DNA of 41,188 bases. It comes from Octopus bimaculoides (taxonomy: Eukaryota). Location of the stretch: the NCBI RefSeq assembly GCF_001194135.2, contig NC_068991.1, positions 20,368,963 to 20,410,150 of the forward strand. Reading direction: 5' to 3'. Positions 1-12,822 of this stretch are shown piece after piece. Both the position numbers and the translations under genes were made by a program. The notes beneath the pieces were generated by a model that worked only from the letters and a program-made list of their open reading frames with translations, did not search any database and was not told the DNA's origin. Positions within the stretch are counted from its first letter, which is position 1. Every line of letters begins with the position of its first letter.

Positions 1-178
1 TGAATGTATATATGTATGTATGTATGAATGAATGCATGTATGTATGTATGTATGAATGAATGAATGAATGAATGTATGTATGTATGTATATATGTATGTA
101 TGTATGAATGAATATATGTATGTATGTATGTATGTATGAATGAATGAATGAATGAATGTATGTATGTATGTATGTATG

Positions 179-212
<34 letters not shown>

Positions 213-234
213 TGTATGTATGTATGTATGTATG
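1..234. repeat. Compound (TATG)n/(TGAA)n tetranucleotide microsatellite
   Basis: Directly visible tandem 4-mers. Confidence 0.97.
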
Positions 235-349
235 GGACATAAGATTTAACAGGCACAGGAAAGAGTGTAACATTTCTCTGTTTTTTTTCCGTTCTTGTTT
301 TCGTATACATTCGCTGCTTTCTTCCAAGGAATGTAATGCTCTTATATAT

Positions 350-545
350 ATATATGGGAGAATTTACGAAAAAGCAACAGACAAAGACAGGTGGTGTAAA
401 CAACAAATGGATGTATTAGTATAATGCTCGGGAATAGAGAAAGTCCTTAACGTTTCGAGCCTACGCTCGTCAACAGAAAGGAACACAGAAAGAAACAAGG
501 ACAGAAAAATATATAAATGTAGTGGTCAGCGATCTATCCTGTAGT
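350..545 (-). mobile_element. Penelope-like element terminal-repeat remnant with hammerhead-like motif
   Basis: Minus strand reads ctttctgttgacgagcgtaggctcgaaacgttaaggactttctctattcccgagcattatactaatac..., homologous to 22960-23100 (+). A TGANGA...CGAAAC motif is typical of PLE pseudo-LTRs. Confidence 0.6.
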
Positions 546-1250
546 GGACAGGAGAGCTAAGAAAAAGGGGATATATATTATATATATATATATATNNNNN
601 NNNNNNNNNNNNNNNNNNNNNNNNNNNNNNNNNNNNNNNNNNNNNNNNNNNNNNNNNNNNNNNNNNNNNNNNNNNNNNNNNNNNNNNNNNNNNNNNNNNN
701 NNNNNNNNNNNNNNNNNNNNNNNNNNNNNNNNNNNNNNNNNNNNNNNNNNNNNNNNNNNNNNNNNNNNNNNNNNNNNNNNNNNNNNNNNNNNNNNNNNNN
801 NNNNNNNNNNNNNNNNNNNNNNNNNNNNNNNNNNNNNNNNNNNNNNNNNNNNNNNNNNNNNNNNNNNNNNNNNNNNNNNNNNNNNNNNNNNNNNNNNNNN
901 NNNNNNNNNNNNNNNNNNNNNNNNNNNNNNNNNNNNNNNNNNNNNNNNNNNNNNNNNNNNNNNNNNNNNNNNNNNNNNNNNNNNNNNNNNNNNNNNNNNN
1001 NNNNNNNNNNNNNNNNNNNNNNNNNNNNNNNNNNNNNNNNNNNNNNNNNNNNNNNNNNNNNNNNNNNNNNNNNNNNNNNNNNNNNNNNNNNNNNNNNNNN
1101 NTTTTTATGTGATTTTAAATGTCTAGCCCGCTCACGTTTTTGGTATGCTGCTATATTTCATGTTGAGAACAATTTAGGTCTTAATAGACACAAGATGTGA
1201 TCTATTTCCAGCGCATGAACTGTCCACGTTAGTGGTCGACGTTATTTTTT

Positions 1251-1298
<48 letters not shown>

Positions 1299-1439
1299 TA
1301 GAGAGAGAGACATAGAGAGAGAGGCGATGGGTAAATTGTCGCCATTCAAAATATTTTTATTAAGTAGATGTGCATTATTTGCTTTTGATTTTGTCTACTA
1401 TGCTGTATAGTAGATTCAGTTGGGCACCGTCTGTAAGAA

Positions 1440-2180
1440 AAAGACCGATTCACTCTGCCAAAAATTTGGAAACGACTGTACTGCTTGGCATTCGCACCAG
1501 AAGCCCGAATACGAACAGATGGTGAACACACAGAACAACCCTTGGCTTCTCGTGTCCCCAAAACATCTCCCGTGAGTGCTAAAAATTAGACATCGGTCAA
1601 CATCAAGGTGTTTGGAGTGACCACTAATGATGTCGACGTTATGCCTCTATTCATCTTCCCACACGGTCTCAGACTCAACACGGTGGTCTACATCAAGTGC
1701 CTAATGAAGGTAGTGCCGCCTTGGGTCAACAGGGTGGCTGCTGGAAGACCCTATATCTAGCAACAGGATTCTGCACTATGCCACACAAGCAGCAGAACCC
1801 AGTCACGGCTGTCAGACAATTTCTGCGACCACATCACTCCTAACATCTAACCATTTAACTCCCCAGACTGCAAACTTCTTGATTATTATGTGTGGGTTGC
1901 AGTTGAGCGAGAGACCAACAAAACTCCTTGTAACGCTAAAGTTGAACTGATGCCAAAGATTGTGGCAGTATTCACCAACAAGGAGACTCCAGAAGTGTTG
2001 CAGGAGATTCCAAAGTCATCTGGAGGTCGTGGTTGAAGCCAATGGGGATTTTATTGAATGAATTTACTCTTTAGTATTTCAAGATATTTTTATGTAACTT
2101 TGGTAAATATATCTGTTAAAATGATTTGTCAGTGTAATTTGAATTTTTGCGTAATTTATACAATATATCCACCGCACCCT

Positions 2181-2181
<1 letters not shown>
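1440..2181 (+). mobile_element. Internally deleted, pseudogenised Tc1/mariner-superfamily DD37D (maT-type) transposon
   Basis: Manual translation gives VNIKVFGVTTNDVDVMPLFIFPHGLRLN...VAAGRPYI*QQDSALCHTS...PNI*PFNSPDCKLLDYYVW... and, after a frameshift, RRFQSHLEVVVEANGDFIE*. 37 residues separate QQD from the D of LLDY. Right end ...accgcaccctg followed by TA (2182-2183). Left TIR not seen. Confidence 0.9.
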
Positions 2182-2257
<76 letters not shown>

Positions 2258-2498
2258 AGAGGGGAACACATTGACATACACACACACACACGCACACATA
2301 TGTGTATACATACATACATACACCGATATATGTGTGTGTGTGCGTGTGTGTGTATGCATGTATAACAAATTAAAAGGGTGGCTTATTAGCAATTTGAACC
2401 TAAATGTAAAATTAAAAGAGGTCACAAAAGTGACAGAAGGTACCGCCTAGTACCACTATCGCTAAAAATAAGAGTTAAACGATTGAAAAGGTCACAAA

Positions 2499-2539
<41 letters not shown>

Positions 2540-2582
2540 ATATAATATAATATAAATTATATATTATATTTATGTATATACA

Positions 2583-2614
<32 letters not shown>

Positions 2615-3228
2615 CTTTTGATCGTATTTCTATTCGATGAGGAATATGTAGGGATCTAGGAATTACACTGCAGCAGCAACAGTAACAATGATAAAAATAT
2701 TGGTTTCTGATAAAGGACCAAGGCCATTTTGAGTTGGGGTGTTAATCGAAAGCATCGATCTCAGCATATTACTGGTCTTTTATTTTTTGTTTTTTTTTTG
2801 TTTTTGTTGACCCGAGACGAAATGATAGGCAAAGTAGGCCTCGATGGATGAGCCATCAAGAGAGCCACTATGTGTCCTGACATGCAAGAAATAACAGCCA
2901 AATCATTCTTAATGACAGATATTAGATAATAGCCCGAGTAACAGCATGTCTAGAAAAAGATTTGATCTATACGGCTGAAGTATTTTTAATCACAGGGTCA
3001 CTCGCTTTTTCAGAAGTGACCCGAAATAACAGCAATAACCACAACTAAATGATGATCATCATCATCGGCAACCTCAACAACAACAATAATTTTAATAATA
3101 ATAATGATGATGATGATGATTCTTTCTAATTTTGGCACAAGGCCAGAAATTTTGAGAGGATGAGATTAATAGTTTACATGGAACCCAGTACAAAACAGAT
3201 GCTTCATTTTGTGTGGTATATTAACTCA

Positions 3229-3612
3229 GTGGAGGCACAATGGCCCAGTGGTTAGGGCAGCGGACTCGCGGTCATAGGATCGCGGTTTCGACTCCCAGAC
3301 CGGGCATTGTGAGTGTTTATTGAGCGAAAACACCTGAAGCTCCACGTGGCTCCAGCATGGGATGGTGGCGAACCCTGCTGTATTCTTTCACCACAACTTT
3401 CTCTCACTCTTACTTCCTGTTTCTGTTGTGCCTGTGATTCAAAGAGCCAGCCTTGTCACATTGTGTCACGCTGAAAATCCTTGAGAACTACGTTAAGGGT
3501 ACACGTGTCTGTGGAGTGCTCAGCCATTTGCACGTTTATTTCACGAGCAGGCTGTTCCGTTGATCGGATCAACTGGAACCCTCGTCGTCGTAAGCGACAG
3601 AGTGCCAACACA
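3229..3612 (+). mobile_element. tRNA-derived SINE, family B (about 385 bp, (CAA)n tail)
   Basis: A-box TGGCCCAGTGG and B-box GGTTTCGACTCC. Near-identical copies at 12823-13212 and 13743-14131. Possible short TSD aactca (3223-3228 / 3615-3620). Inserted into an older minus-strand Meta-type SINE remnant. Confidence 0.9.
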
Positions 3613-3790
3613 TGAACTCAAAACGTAAGAAGTCGGAGGTGCACTGGTAAGAATTTATGAATGCCGGTGTGTTTATGTGATTTGCGTCTAGATTCGCAAT
3701 CAAATCTTCGCGAGCACGCTTGTGTGAAATTCTTCTTGTATGTATATTGATTTATATAACGTTAAGAAAGTTGTAATATAACGTTTTTGT

Positions 3791-4022
3791 TATTTCTTTA
3801 TTGACCACAAGGAGCTAAACATAGAGGGGACAAACAAGGACAGACAAAGGGATTAAGCCGATTACATCGACCCCAGTGAGTAACTGGTACTTAATTTATC
3901 GACCCCGAAAGGATGAAAGGCAAAGTCGACCTCGGCGGAATTTGAACTCAGAACGCAACGGCAGACGAAATACGGCTAAGCATTTCGCCCGGCGTGCTAA
4001 CGATTCCGCCAGCTCACCACCT
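3791..4022 (-). mobile_element. Full-length tRNA-derived SINE with Meta-type central domain (family A)
   Basis: Minus strand: ggtggtgagctggcggaatcgttagc...gttcaaattccgccgaggtcgactttgcctttcatcctttcggggtcgataaattaagtaccag. 16-bp TSD with one mismatch: aatataacgtttttgt (3775-3790) / aatataatgtttttgt (4023-4038). Confidence 0.92.
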
Positions 4023-4287
4023 AATATAATGTTTTTGTGTCGCTTCTTACATGAATTTCAACAGCGATGAAGAAGCATGGCAGAAGATTGGTAAATTAAT
4101 GAGAAAAGAGAAGATAAATCGAATAGCTCGTGACGTGTCTGTCTCACTGTACTTTTTATGCTTGAGGAACACTTAGCATACCGACCGCTACATTCGACTA
4201 GTGCACGAGTGATAGAGCCGACTGGGTCAACGGGAGCAGAATCGTTGAGAACTGATGATGTTGATGATGGGGATGCTGCTGCTGCTA

Positions 4288-4322
<35 letters not shown>

Positions 4323-4700
4323 CACAGTATTTAAGTGGAACATAACTTTATCGACCGCGTCGGCATTTGAAGAAGTCAGAACGGGATTTTGAAGTCAGCA
4401 GGAATACCACAGGATATTTTCTTCGACAGTCTGACAATTCTGGTTATCCAATGTCGTTCGAAGCCATGGAGGAAAAAAGAAAAGAGAAGAGAAGACAAAA
4501 ACATGTATCGCAGACAGGAACACGATGAGAGTTAGGCTTTGTAACTGTATATATCGATGGTTATATTCTTAAGCAGCTGATGCACGTATGCAAATTTTCA
4601 GAATATTGCCATCTGGAAAAGTGCTTTTAACTTTACTTTCCTTGATTACAAGAGAAGATAGAAGCATCACGTCACTGGCATAACTGCAAATGAAACACTT

Positions 4701-5140
<440 letters not shown>

Positions 5141-5610
5141 GTGGAACCCACGGTAATTCCACAGAATGAAAAAGATTAAGAGAAGCTATTTAAGAAAGAA
5201 AGGACAATTTGCATTTTTTATTTTTATTTTGCTAAGCTATTTCACGCCCAGTCACAATAATATATGATATGATTTTAAAATTCCGCTCAATTAGACACTT
5301 TATATTTTTTCTCTTTACCTCTTTAACAAATATTTTAACCATGTAATTTCCCCCTTCGTGTCTTTAATATTTCTGCCTTCCTCTTTACCTCCCACCTCCA
5401 CTAACCACATGAGTGACAGCATAATGCATCGGTCGGCTACCTGCTTTCTCACTCACTCTCACATTTCCTCTTTCTCTCTCTCGCTCCACCTTCTCCTCCC
5501 CTCTAAGAAACTAAAGCGTAAAGTGGGAATATTATAGATTTAGTTCAATAAAAACAATACCTTTCCCTATCAACACTCCACCACCAACCACCAACACCAC
5601 CACCACCACC

Positions 5611-5668
<58 letters not shown>

Positions 5669-5777
5669 CTATAATTTTCAGTAATAAAGCTCATCTCAGT
5701 TCAGCTGTTTGTTTATATCTACCTTTTTTGTTGTTGCTGTTAATGTATCTCTACACTGATAATACAAACTCTCTCTG

Positions 5778-5834
<57 letters not shown>

Positions 5835-6020
5835 CTCTCTCTCTCAATGTAATTGCCTCCCCTGTCTATCTCTATCTATTTGCCTGTCTTTAACTTCACC
5901 ACCAGAATATCCCCTTCTGCTAAACATAGTATCCTAAACATATCCCTTTCTCTTTATCTTTCCTCCCTACCGAAAATGCAGGATTTCCGTGTCCATAGCA
6001 CAAAGGATTATTATTTTGAA

Positions 6021-6240
6021 GGGGGTGACCTGGCAGAATCGTTAGCATAGAGGACAAAATGGCTAGCGTGATTTCCTTCATATTTACGTCCTGTGTTCAA
6101 ATTCCGATGAGATCGACTTTGCCTTTCATCCTTTCAAGGTCGATTAAATGACTAGTAGCTAAGGACTGGGGTCGATATAATCGACTTCCCCCTTCCTCCG
6201 AACTTGCTGGCAATGTACGAAAATTTGAAATCATTATTAT
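6021..6240 (+). mobile_element. Family A (Meta-type) SINE, diverged, followed by a second 5' fragment (~6250-6320)
   Basis: ggtgacctggcagaatcgttagc...gttcaaattccgatgagatcgactttgcctttcatcctttcaaggtcgat..., ending in an (ATT)-like tail. Confidence 0.85.
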
Positions 6241-6330
6241 CATTAAGAAGGAGGCGAGCAAGAAGAATCATTAGCAGACCACAGACAAAATGCTTAGCGG
6301 CATTGTGTTCATCTTAATAATTGACGCTTA

Positions 6331-6761
6331 AACGTGAGTGTTATTGAAGAACAGACGATACTGCTATTTTTACCCCAGGAGGACTCCTCGTTCAGCTGGT
6401 TATTCAGTGCACCTTGAACTTGATATATATTGCAAGCAGGGAGAGAAATCGCAACCATCCTAGCTTCGAGACCACCAGACAATCTAATTTCGACCTTATT
6501 GGATCATCCTCAGTCATGAGCACTCGTCTGCCAGACATGGCTGTAGTCTATCCCAGCTCGCAATATGTAGAAAAGACAGTGTCATACAGTCCCCGATTTT
6601 GCAACCATATTTTGCAACTTGTGCTCTCGGAGCTAGGATGATAGGGAGTTCTCTCCCCGCTTGTAATATATATTGAGTGCGAGGCGCACTGAATAACCAG
6701 CTGGAGGAGTCCTCTTGGGGGTAAAATAGCAGTATCGTTTGCTCTTGAAGAACACCCACGT

Positions 6762-6762
<1 letters not shown>
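6331..6762. mobile_element. Non-autonomous foldback element (MITE) with ~140-bp imperfect TIRs
   Basis: 6331-6470 is the reverse complement of 6626-6762 (acgatactgctatttt, gaggactcctc, cagctggttattcagtgc, atatatatt, ggagagaa, catcctagct). TTAA occurs at both edges (6328-6331, 6762-6765). Confidence 0.88.
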
Positions 6763-6822
<60 letters not shown>

Positions 6823-6824
<2 letters not shown>

Positions 6825-7047
6825 GGTTGTCCTGAAAGTTCGTGCCGATTTATAGTAGCTTATCTTTCGACTTATTTGCCATGAAACCACCTCAATTTTG
6901 GGAAGAGGGTATTTTCAAGTTAAAGGAAAGATGAAGACGCATTGTGCAACAAAATGTTTCATATTTGGTTGATTAAAAATGTAATGGTAGGTATTTATTG
7001 ACCTTTTTCTTTCCTTTAAAAATCGGCACGAACTTTCTGGACAACCC

Positions 7048-7048
<1 letters not shown>
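6823..7048 (+). mobile_element. Miniature mariner (internal deletion derivative, 226 bp)
   Basis: 29-bp TIRs with one mismatch (tgggttgtcctgaaagttcgtgccgattt / aaatcggcacgaactttctggacaaccca). Retains a transposase C-terminus MKPPQFWEEGIFKLKER*RRIVQQNVSYLVD*. Flanked on both sides by (TAA)n. Confidence 0.9.
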
Positions 7049-7096
<48 letters not shown>

Positions 7097-7149
7097 TCCA
7101 CTATAGACAAAAACCCTGAAATTTTGGAGTAGGAGTCTACTTGACATTA

Positions 7150-7750
7150 CTTTTCATTCTTGTTTTCTTGCTAGTCTTTCTAGCGTTTCACACCAAGAGG
7201 CCCTAAGGTTAATCTCGCTACGACAAATGTAATATCTCGGTTTTTGCCCAATATCATCAATATCAAGCCGTTTCTTTCGGCCCTCTCAACTGGGCGCATC
7301 TCTTGTAGTAGATTGTGTAGTCTCTAGGGATCATAAGGGTTTGTAAATCCATTTTCATACCCTTTGAGTACATGGAGCCCCTCTTTATACTTGTTTTTAT
7401 TTTTCCACCCATACTGTGATGTAGAAGTGCTGATCAGCCTCCAATCTACATAATTTCTGATGACTCTTATCATCATTCTTGTATTTATTTGCTTCGTGTA
7501 CTGGTAATACACGTCTGACTAAAGGTACGTCTAGCAATTTCATTTTGTTTTCTGGTGGTGTCATCCATTTTGAAACGACAGCAAATAATGTCATAGCTCT
7601 TCAATTTGCTAATATTTTCCCCGAAATATCCTTAAGTGCTTACTGCAATACATGCCATAATGGTAGATTTAATACTACTCCATCTTTTCTAAAGCACTGA
7701 TATATAATTTTATTTCTTTGCTCGCTCTCAGCTCGATCTCTGCAGCAAAG
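7150..7750 (-). pseudogene. Possible highly degraded LINE ORF2 (RTE-like endonuclease-RT linker)
   Basis: Broken minus-strand frames contain weak echoes of RTE linker motifs (RWSSIKSTI, ARRTFSQT, WVEK, DAPS*EG versus KAPGxDG). Many stops; assignment weak. Confidence 0.3.
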
Positions 7751-8061
7751 AAACACTGTTTAGTCTTATAGAATTCTTCCAAGTACGCTTTTACCCTTAG
7801 AAGCGTGTTAAGTCAAAAACTTCTTTATTTCTATTATAATTGAGACAAAATTAGATTTAACATATCCATTATTTGAATGATTTAAAGTACAAATGGCAAC
7901 GCTGTTATTTTTGCTGTTCCTTGTTGACATTGTTGTTGTTTTTGTTATTGTTGACGTTTTAGCTGTTGTAACGATTGCTATCTTCAAAATTACTTGTATG
8001 ACTATTTGGAATATTTTTTATCTATCGTTACACACACACATACAGACACGCACACACATGT

Positions 8062-8115
<54 letters not shown>

Positions 8116-9349
8116 GCATTATCCTACATACGCAAAAATACAGTACTATAACACCATTGTACACCATTAAAACACTATCCATCCCACTACACGACACTTC
8201 GATACCCTTCATCCCGCTGAATTCCACTACAGTATAAATCAACTCACAATACAACACTAAAAGGCCATCAACTCCATAACGCCGCTTAGTAATATCAATA
8301 CATTGTGCCACTACCTCAAATCATTCTCATCATTCTGTTATCTTACACAACCATACATAACATCTTACTAGTCTACATGGACTTCCTACTACAACCACTA
8401 CACTAGGTATCCATCCATTACCAGAAACACCACAATCATTATCTATCTATCGCTCTCTCTTTGTCTCTCTCTCTCAATATGTATATATATATATATATNN
8501 NNNNNNNNNNNNNNNNNNNNNNNNNNNNNNNNNNNNNNNNNNNNNNNNNNNNNNNNNNNNNNNNNNNNNNNNNNNNNNNNNNNNNNNNNNNNNNNNNNNN
8601 NNNNNNNNNNNNNNNNNNNNNNNNNNNNNNNNNNNNNNNNNNNNNNNNNNNNNNNNNNNNNNNNNNNNNNNNNNNNNNNNNNNNNNNNNNNNNNNNNNNN
8701 NNNNNNNNNNNNNNNNNNNNNNNNNNNNNNNNNNNNNNNNNNNNNNNNNNNNNNNNNNNNNNNNNNNNNNNNNNNNNNNNNNNNNNNNNNNNNNNNNNNN
8801 NNNNNNNNNNNNNNNNNNNNNNNNNNNNNNNNNNNNNNNNNNNNNNNNNNNNNNNNNNNNNNNNNNNNNNNNNNNNNNNNNNNNNNNNNNNNNNNNNNNN
8901 NNNNNNNNNNNNNNNNNNNNNNNNNNNNNNNNNNNNNNNNNNNNNNNNNNNNNNNNNNNNNNNNNNNNNNNNNNNNNNNNNNNNNNNNNNNNNNNNNNNN
9001 NNNNNNNNNNNNNNNNNNNNNNNNNNNNNNNNNNNNNNNNNNNNNNNNNNNNNNNNNNNNNNNNNNNNNNNNNNNNNNNNNNNNNNNNNNNNNNNNNNNN
9101 NNNNNNNNNNNNNNNNNNNNNNNNNNNNNNNNNNNNNNNNNNNNNNNNNNNNNNNNNNNNNNNNNNNNNNNNNNNNNNNNNNNNNNNNNNNNNNNNNNNN
9201 NNNNNNNNNNNNNNNNNNNNNNNNNNNNNNNNNNNNNNNNNNNNNNNNNNNNNNNNNNNNNNNNNNNNNNNNNNNNNNNNNNNNNNNNNNNNNNNNNNNN
9301 NNNNNNNNNNNNNNATGTATATATAAATATATATATATGGATATAAGTG

Positions 9350-9393
<44 letters not shown>

Positions 9394-9727
9394 CACACTC
9401 ACACACACATATATATCTTTATATATACACAGATACATATGTATACACACACGCACACTCACACACACACACACACACAGCCACACGCACATCCTCACAC
9501 AAATGCAAGGAATTCATAGATATTTAAACTCCTTTCTCTCTCTCTCCCTCTTTCTCCCTTTCTCTCTCCTCTCTCCCTCTCTCTCTCTCTCTCTCCTCTC
9601 CCCTCTCTCTCAACCTATTTAGACCTTACGCTTTCACTTTCACAGACAAGGAGAAGCATATATGAATATGTGTATATATGCAGAGACAGATAGAGAGATA
9701 TATAGATGCAGACATATATAACATATA

Positions 9728-9787
<60 letters not shown>

Positions 9788-10657
9788 NNNNNNNNNNNNN
9801 NNNNNNNNNNNNNNNNNNNNNNNNNNNNNNNNNNNNNNNNNNNNNNNNNNNNNNNNNNNNNNNNNNNNNNNNNNNNNNNNNNNNNNNNNNNNNNNNNNNN
9901 NNNNNNNNNNNNNNNNNNNNNNNNNNNNNNNNNNNNNNNNNNNNNNNNNNNNNNNNNNNNNNNNNNNNNNNNNNNNNNNNNNNNNNNNNNNNNNNNNNNN
10001 NNNNNNNNNNNNNNNNNNNNNNNNNNNNNNNNNNNNNNNNNNNNNNNNNNNNNNNNNNNNNNNNNNNNNNNNNNNNNNNNNNNNNNNNNNNNNNNNNNNN
10101 NNNNNNNNNNNNNNNNNNNNNNNNNNNNNNNNNNNNNNNNNNNNNNNNNNNNNNNNNNNNNNNNNNNNNNNNNNNNNNNNNNNNNNNNNNNNNNNNNNNN
10201 NNNNNNNNNNNNNNNNNNNNNNNNNNNNNNNNNNNNNNNNNNNNNNNNNNNNNNNNNNNNNNNNNNNNNNNNNNNNNNNNNNNNNNNNNNNNNNNNNNNN
10301 NNNNNNNNNNNNNNNNNNNNNNNNNNNNNNNNNNNNNNNNNNNNNNNNNNNNNNNNNNNNNNNNNNNNNNNNNNNNNNNNNNNNNNNNNNNNNNNNNNNN
10401 NNNNNNNNNNNNNNNNNNNNNNNNNNNNNNNNNNNNNNNNNNNNNNNNNNNNNNNNNNNNNNNNNNNNNNNNNNNNNNNNNNNNNNNNNNNNNNNNNNNN
10501 NNNNNNNNNNNNNNNNNNNNNNNNNNNNNNNNNNNNNNNNNNNNNNNNNNNNNNNNNNNNNNNNNNNNNNNNNNNNNNNNNNNNNNNNNNNNNNNNNNNN
10601 NNNNNNNNNNNNNNNNNNNNNNNNNNNNNNNNNNNNNNNNNNNNNNNNNNNNNNNNG

Positions 10658-10740
10658 CACACACACACATGCACACACACACATGCACACACACACATGC
10701 ACACACACACATGCACACACACACATGCACACACACACAT
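10658..10740. repeat. 12-bp (CACACACACATG)n array bordering an N-gap
   Basis: Directly visible. Confidence 0.9.
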
Positions 10741-11130
10741 ATGTATATTTACATACACACGCATGCCTACACATATACACACATGCTCATGTATGCACTC
10801 ACACGCTCACATGCTAAACACACTCAAACATTTATTACGGATTCAATAGAAGTACAACACAATTATATAGTCACATACACACATTTATACACACATTAAC
10901 ACCTCCACAAACGCACACGTCCCCCCAGTTTTACACACTGGCGCGCGCACATGCACTTAAGCACACTCACATACACACACACAGACACACACACATATAA
11001 CATCCTCACATACACGCACACACACTTGCAAGGGTTTGTACCCACGCACAAGCACAGAGTAAAGGAGAGACAGAAAGAGACAGTAGAAAAGACAGAGATA
11101 GAGAAAAAGTGGGATAGATAGATTCATACA

Positions 11131-11174
<44 letters not shown>

Positions 11175-11678
11175 GAGAGAGAGAGGAAGACGGGAGAGAG
11201 AGAGAGAGGAAGATGGGAGAGAGAGAGAGAGGAAGATGGGAGAGAGAGAAAGAAATAAAGAAAGAGAGAGAGAAAAACGCGCGCATACACAACAAACACA
11301 TACATTGTTCAACGAAGAGTGACTTTGTTTGCTTATCTCCCTTGCCTGCGCTCTCCTGTATTGTTATCGCTGTTATTCTTTTATGATTACATTGCCAGCT
11401 TTTTAATAGCTGCCATTTCATAGTGAAACATATGGCGTTCGGTAAATTCGACTTTCTATTCTCTCTTTTCATTCATTTCATTCTACATGTGTTAATTGGG
11501 TAGCCACCACACTCACCACAATTGCTATTATTCTTCTTACTCCTTATTCCTTATTATTTTTTCTTGCTTTTACCATAATTCCCTTTTCTTCACTTCCTTT
11601 ATTATTTTCGAGTTTCGGTTTTTGTTTGGTGTATCATTTTTCCTTTTTTGTATTTTCGTTTATCTGTAGATTACGTCC

Positions 11679-11721
<43 letters not shown>

Positions 11722-12144
11722 TTATTATGTTTGTTTTGTCTTTGGTCCGTTTTTATGTCTTTTTCCCCGTTTTTTTTCCTTTTTTTTCTTTTTTTATTAC
11801 TCTTATTTTACTTAACAAGGTTTGATTTTAATATGAATTCTTTCTATGTGCGTTTTGTGCTTTAACGATTTTCTTTTTGTTGGGAGAAGAGTATTTGAAA
11901 GTGCTTTATATATATATATAAAGAGATAGATAGGTAAATAATTAAATACATACATAAAGACATGCGTAGAAGAATTAACAAAAGGGTATGGTGGATACAT
12001 GTATTGGAACATAGATTTGATAGACGAAGATACAGAGTCGTACAAAGTTCTGGACATCTAGAGAGATAGATGTTCGCTGATAGAAGAGATAGATGAATAC
12101 AGATAGATCATAAATGGATATGGACATATATAGACAGATGAGAT

Positions 12145-12167
12145 CGACAGCTAGCTAGCTAGCTAGC

Positions 12168-12263
<96 letters not shown>

Positions 12264-12345
12264 CAAGCAAACAGACAGGCAAACGGACAGGTAGATAAAA
12301 GGTTGGATGAAGGGACAGACAGGCAGAAGACAGTCAGACAGGCAT

Positions 12346-12419
<74 letters not shown>

Positions 12420-12600
12420 AGAGAGACAGACAGTTAGACATATGGATGGAGAGACAGAGACAAAAGACAGACAGACAGATAGACAGACAGACAGACGGAC
12501 AAACAGACAGTCAGACGGACAGACTGACAGACAGATAAGTAGATAAGTAGGTATGTAGGAAGATATATAAATGCACTGACAGTCAGACAGGTAGTCAGAC
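12145..12600. repeat. Compound (GCTA)/(GATA)/(GACA)/(GATT) tetranucleotide array
   Basis: Directly visible. Confidence 0.95.
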
Positions 12601-12822
12601 GGATGGCGGTGGAAGGAGATTGAGTAAAATAGAGGGTTTCACTTTCCATACACGTGAACAGTGACGAATGCAAGGACCCAGTTTTTGTATATGTTTAAGT
12701 GGAGTCGGTGGAGTACCACAATTTCTGGACGTAAAGTCAAACATTAACATTTCTGGGATTCTTTACATACACAGAAGTTTTATATAAAACATTTTTACAT
12801 CAGGTCCCTATGTAAAAGCAGT

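Noticed and set aside
3229-3305. tRNA genes at the SINE heads (also near 13135-13212 and 14055-14131)
   Set aside because: A/B boxes are present but there is no acceptor stem or proper anticodon arm, and they continue into SINE bodies with TSDs.
4070-4097. Possible micro-exon (S)DEEAWQKI(G) between caacAG and GTAAAT
   Set aside because: Weak polypyrimidine tract, too short to assess, and no partner exon identified.
8130-8440. ORF 8018-8311 and the C/A-rich stretch
   Set aside because: Decayed low-complexity (CACTA/CAT-like) sequence with no domain signature.
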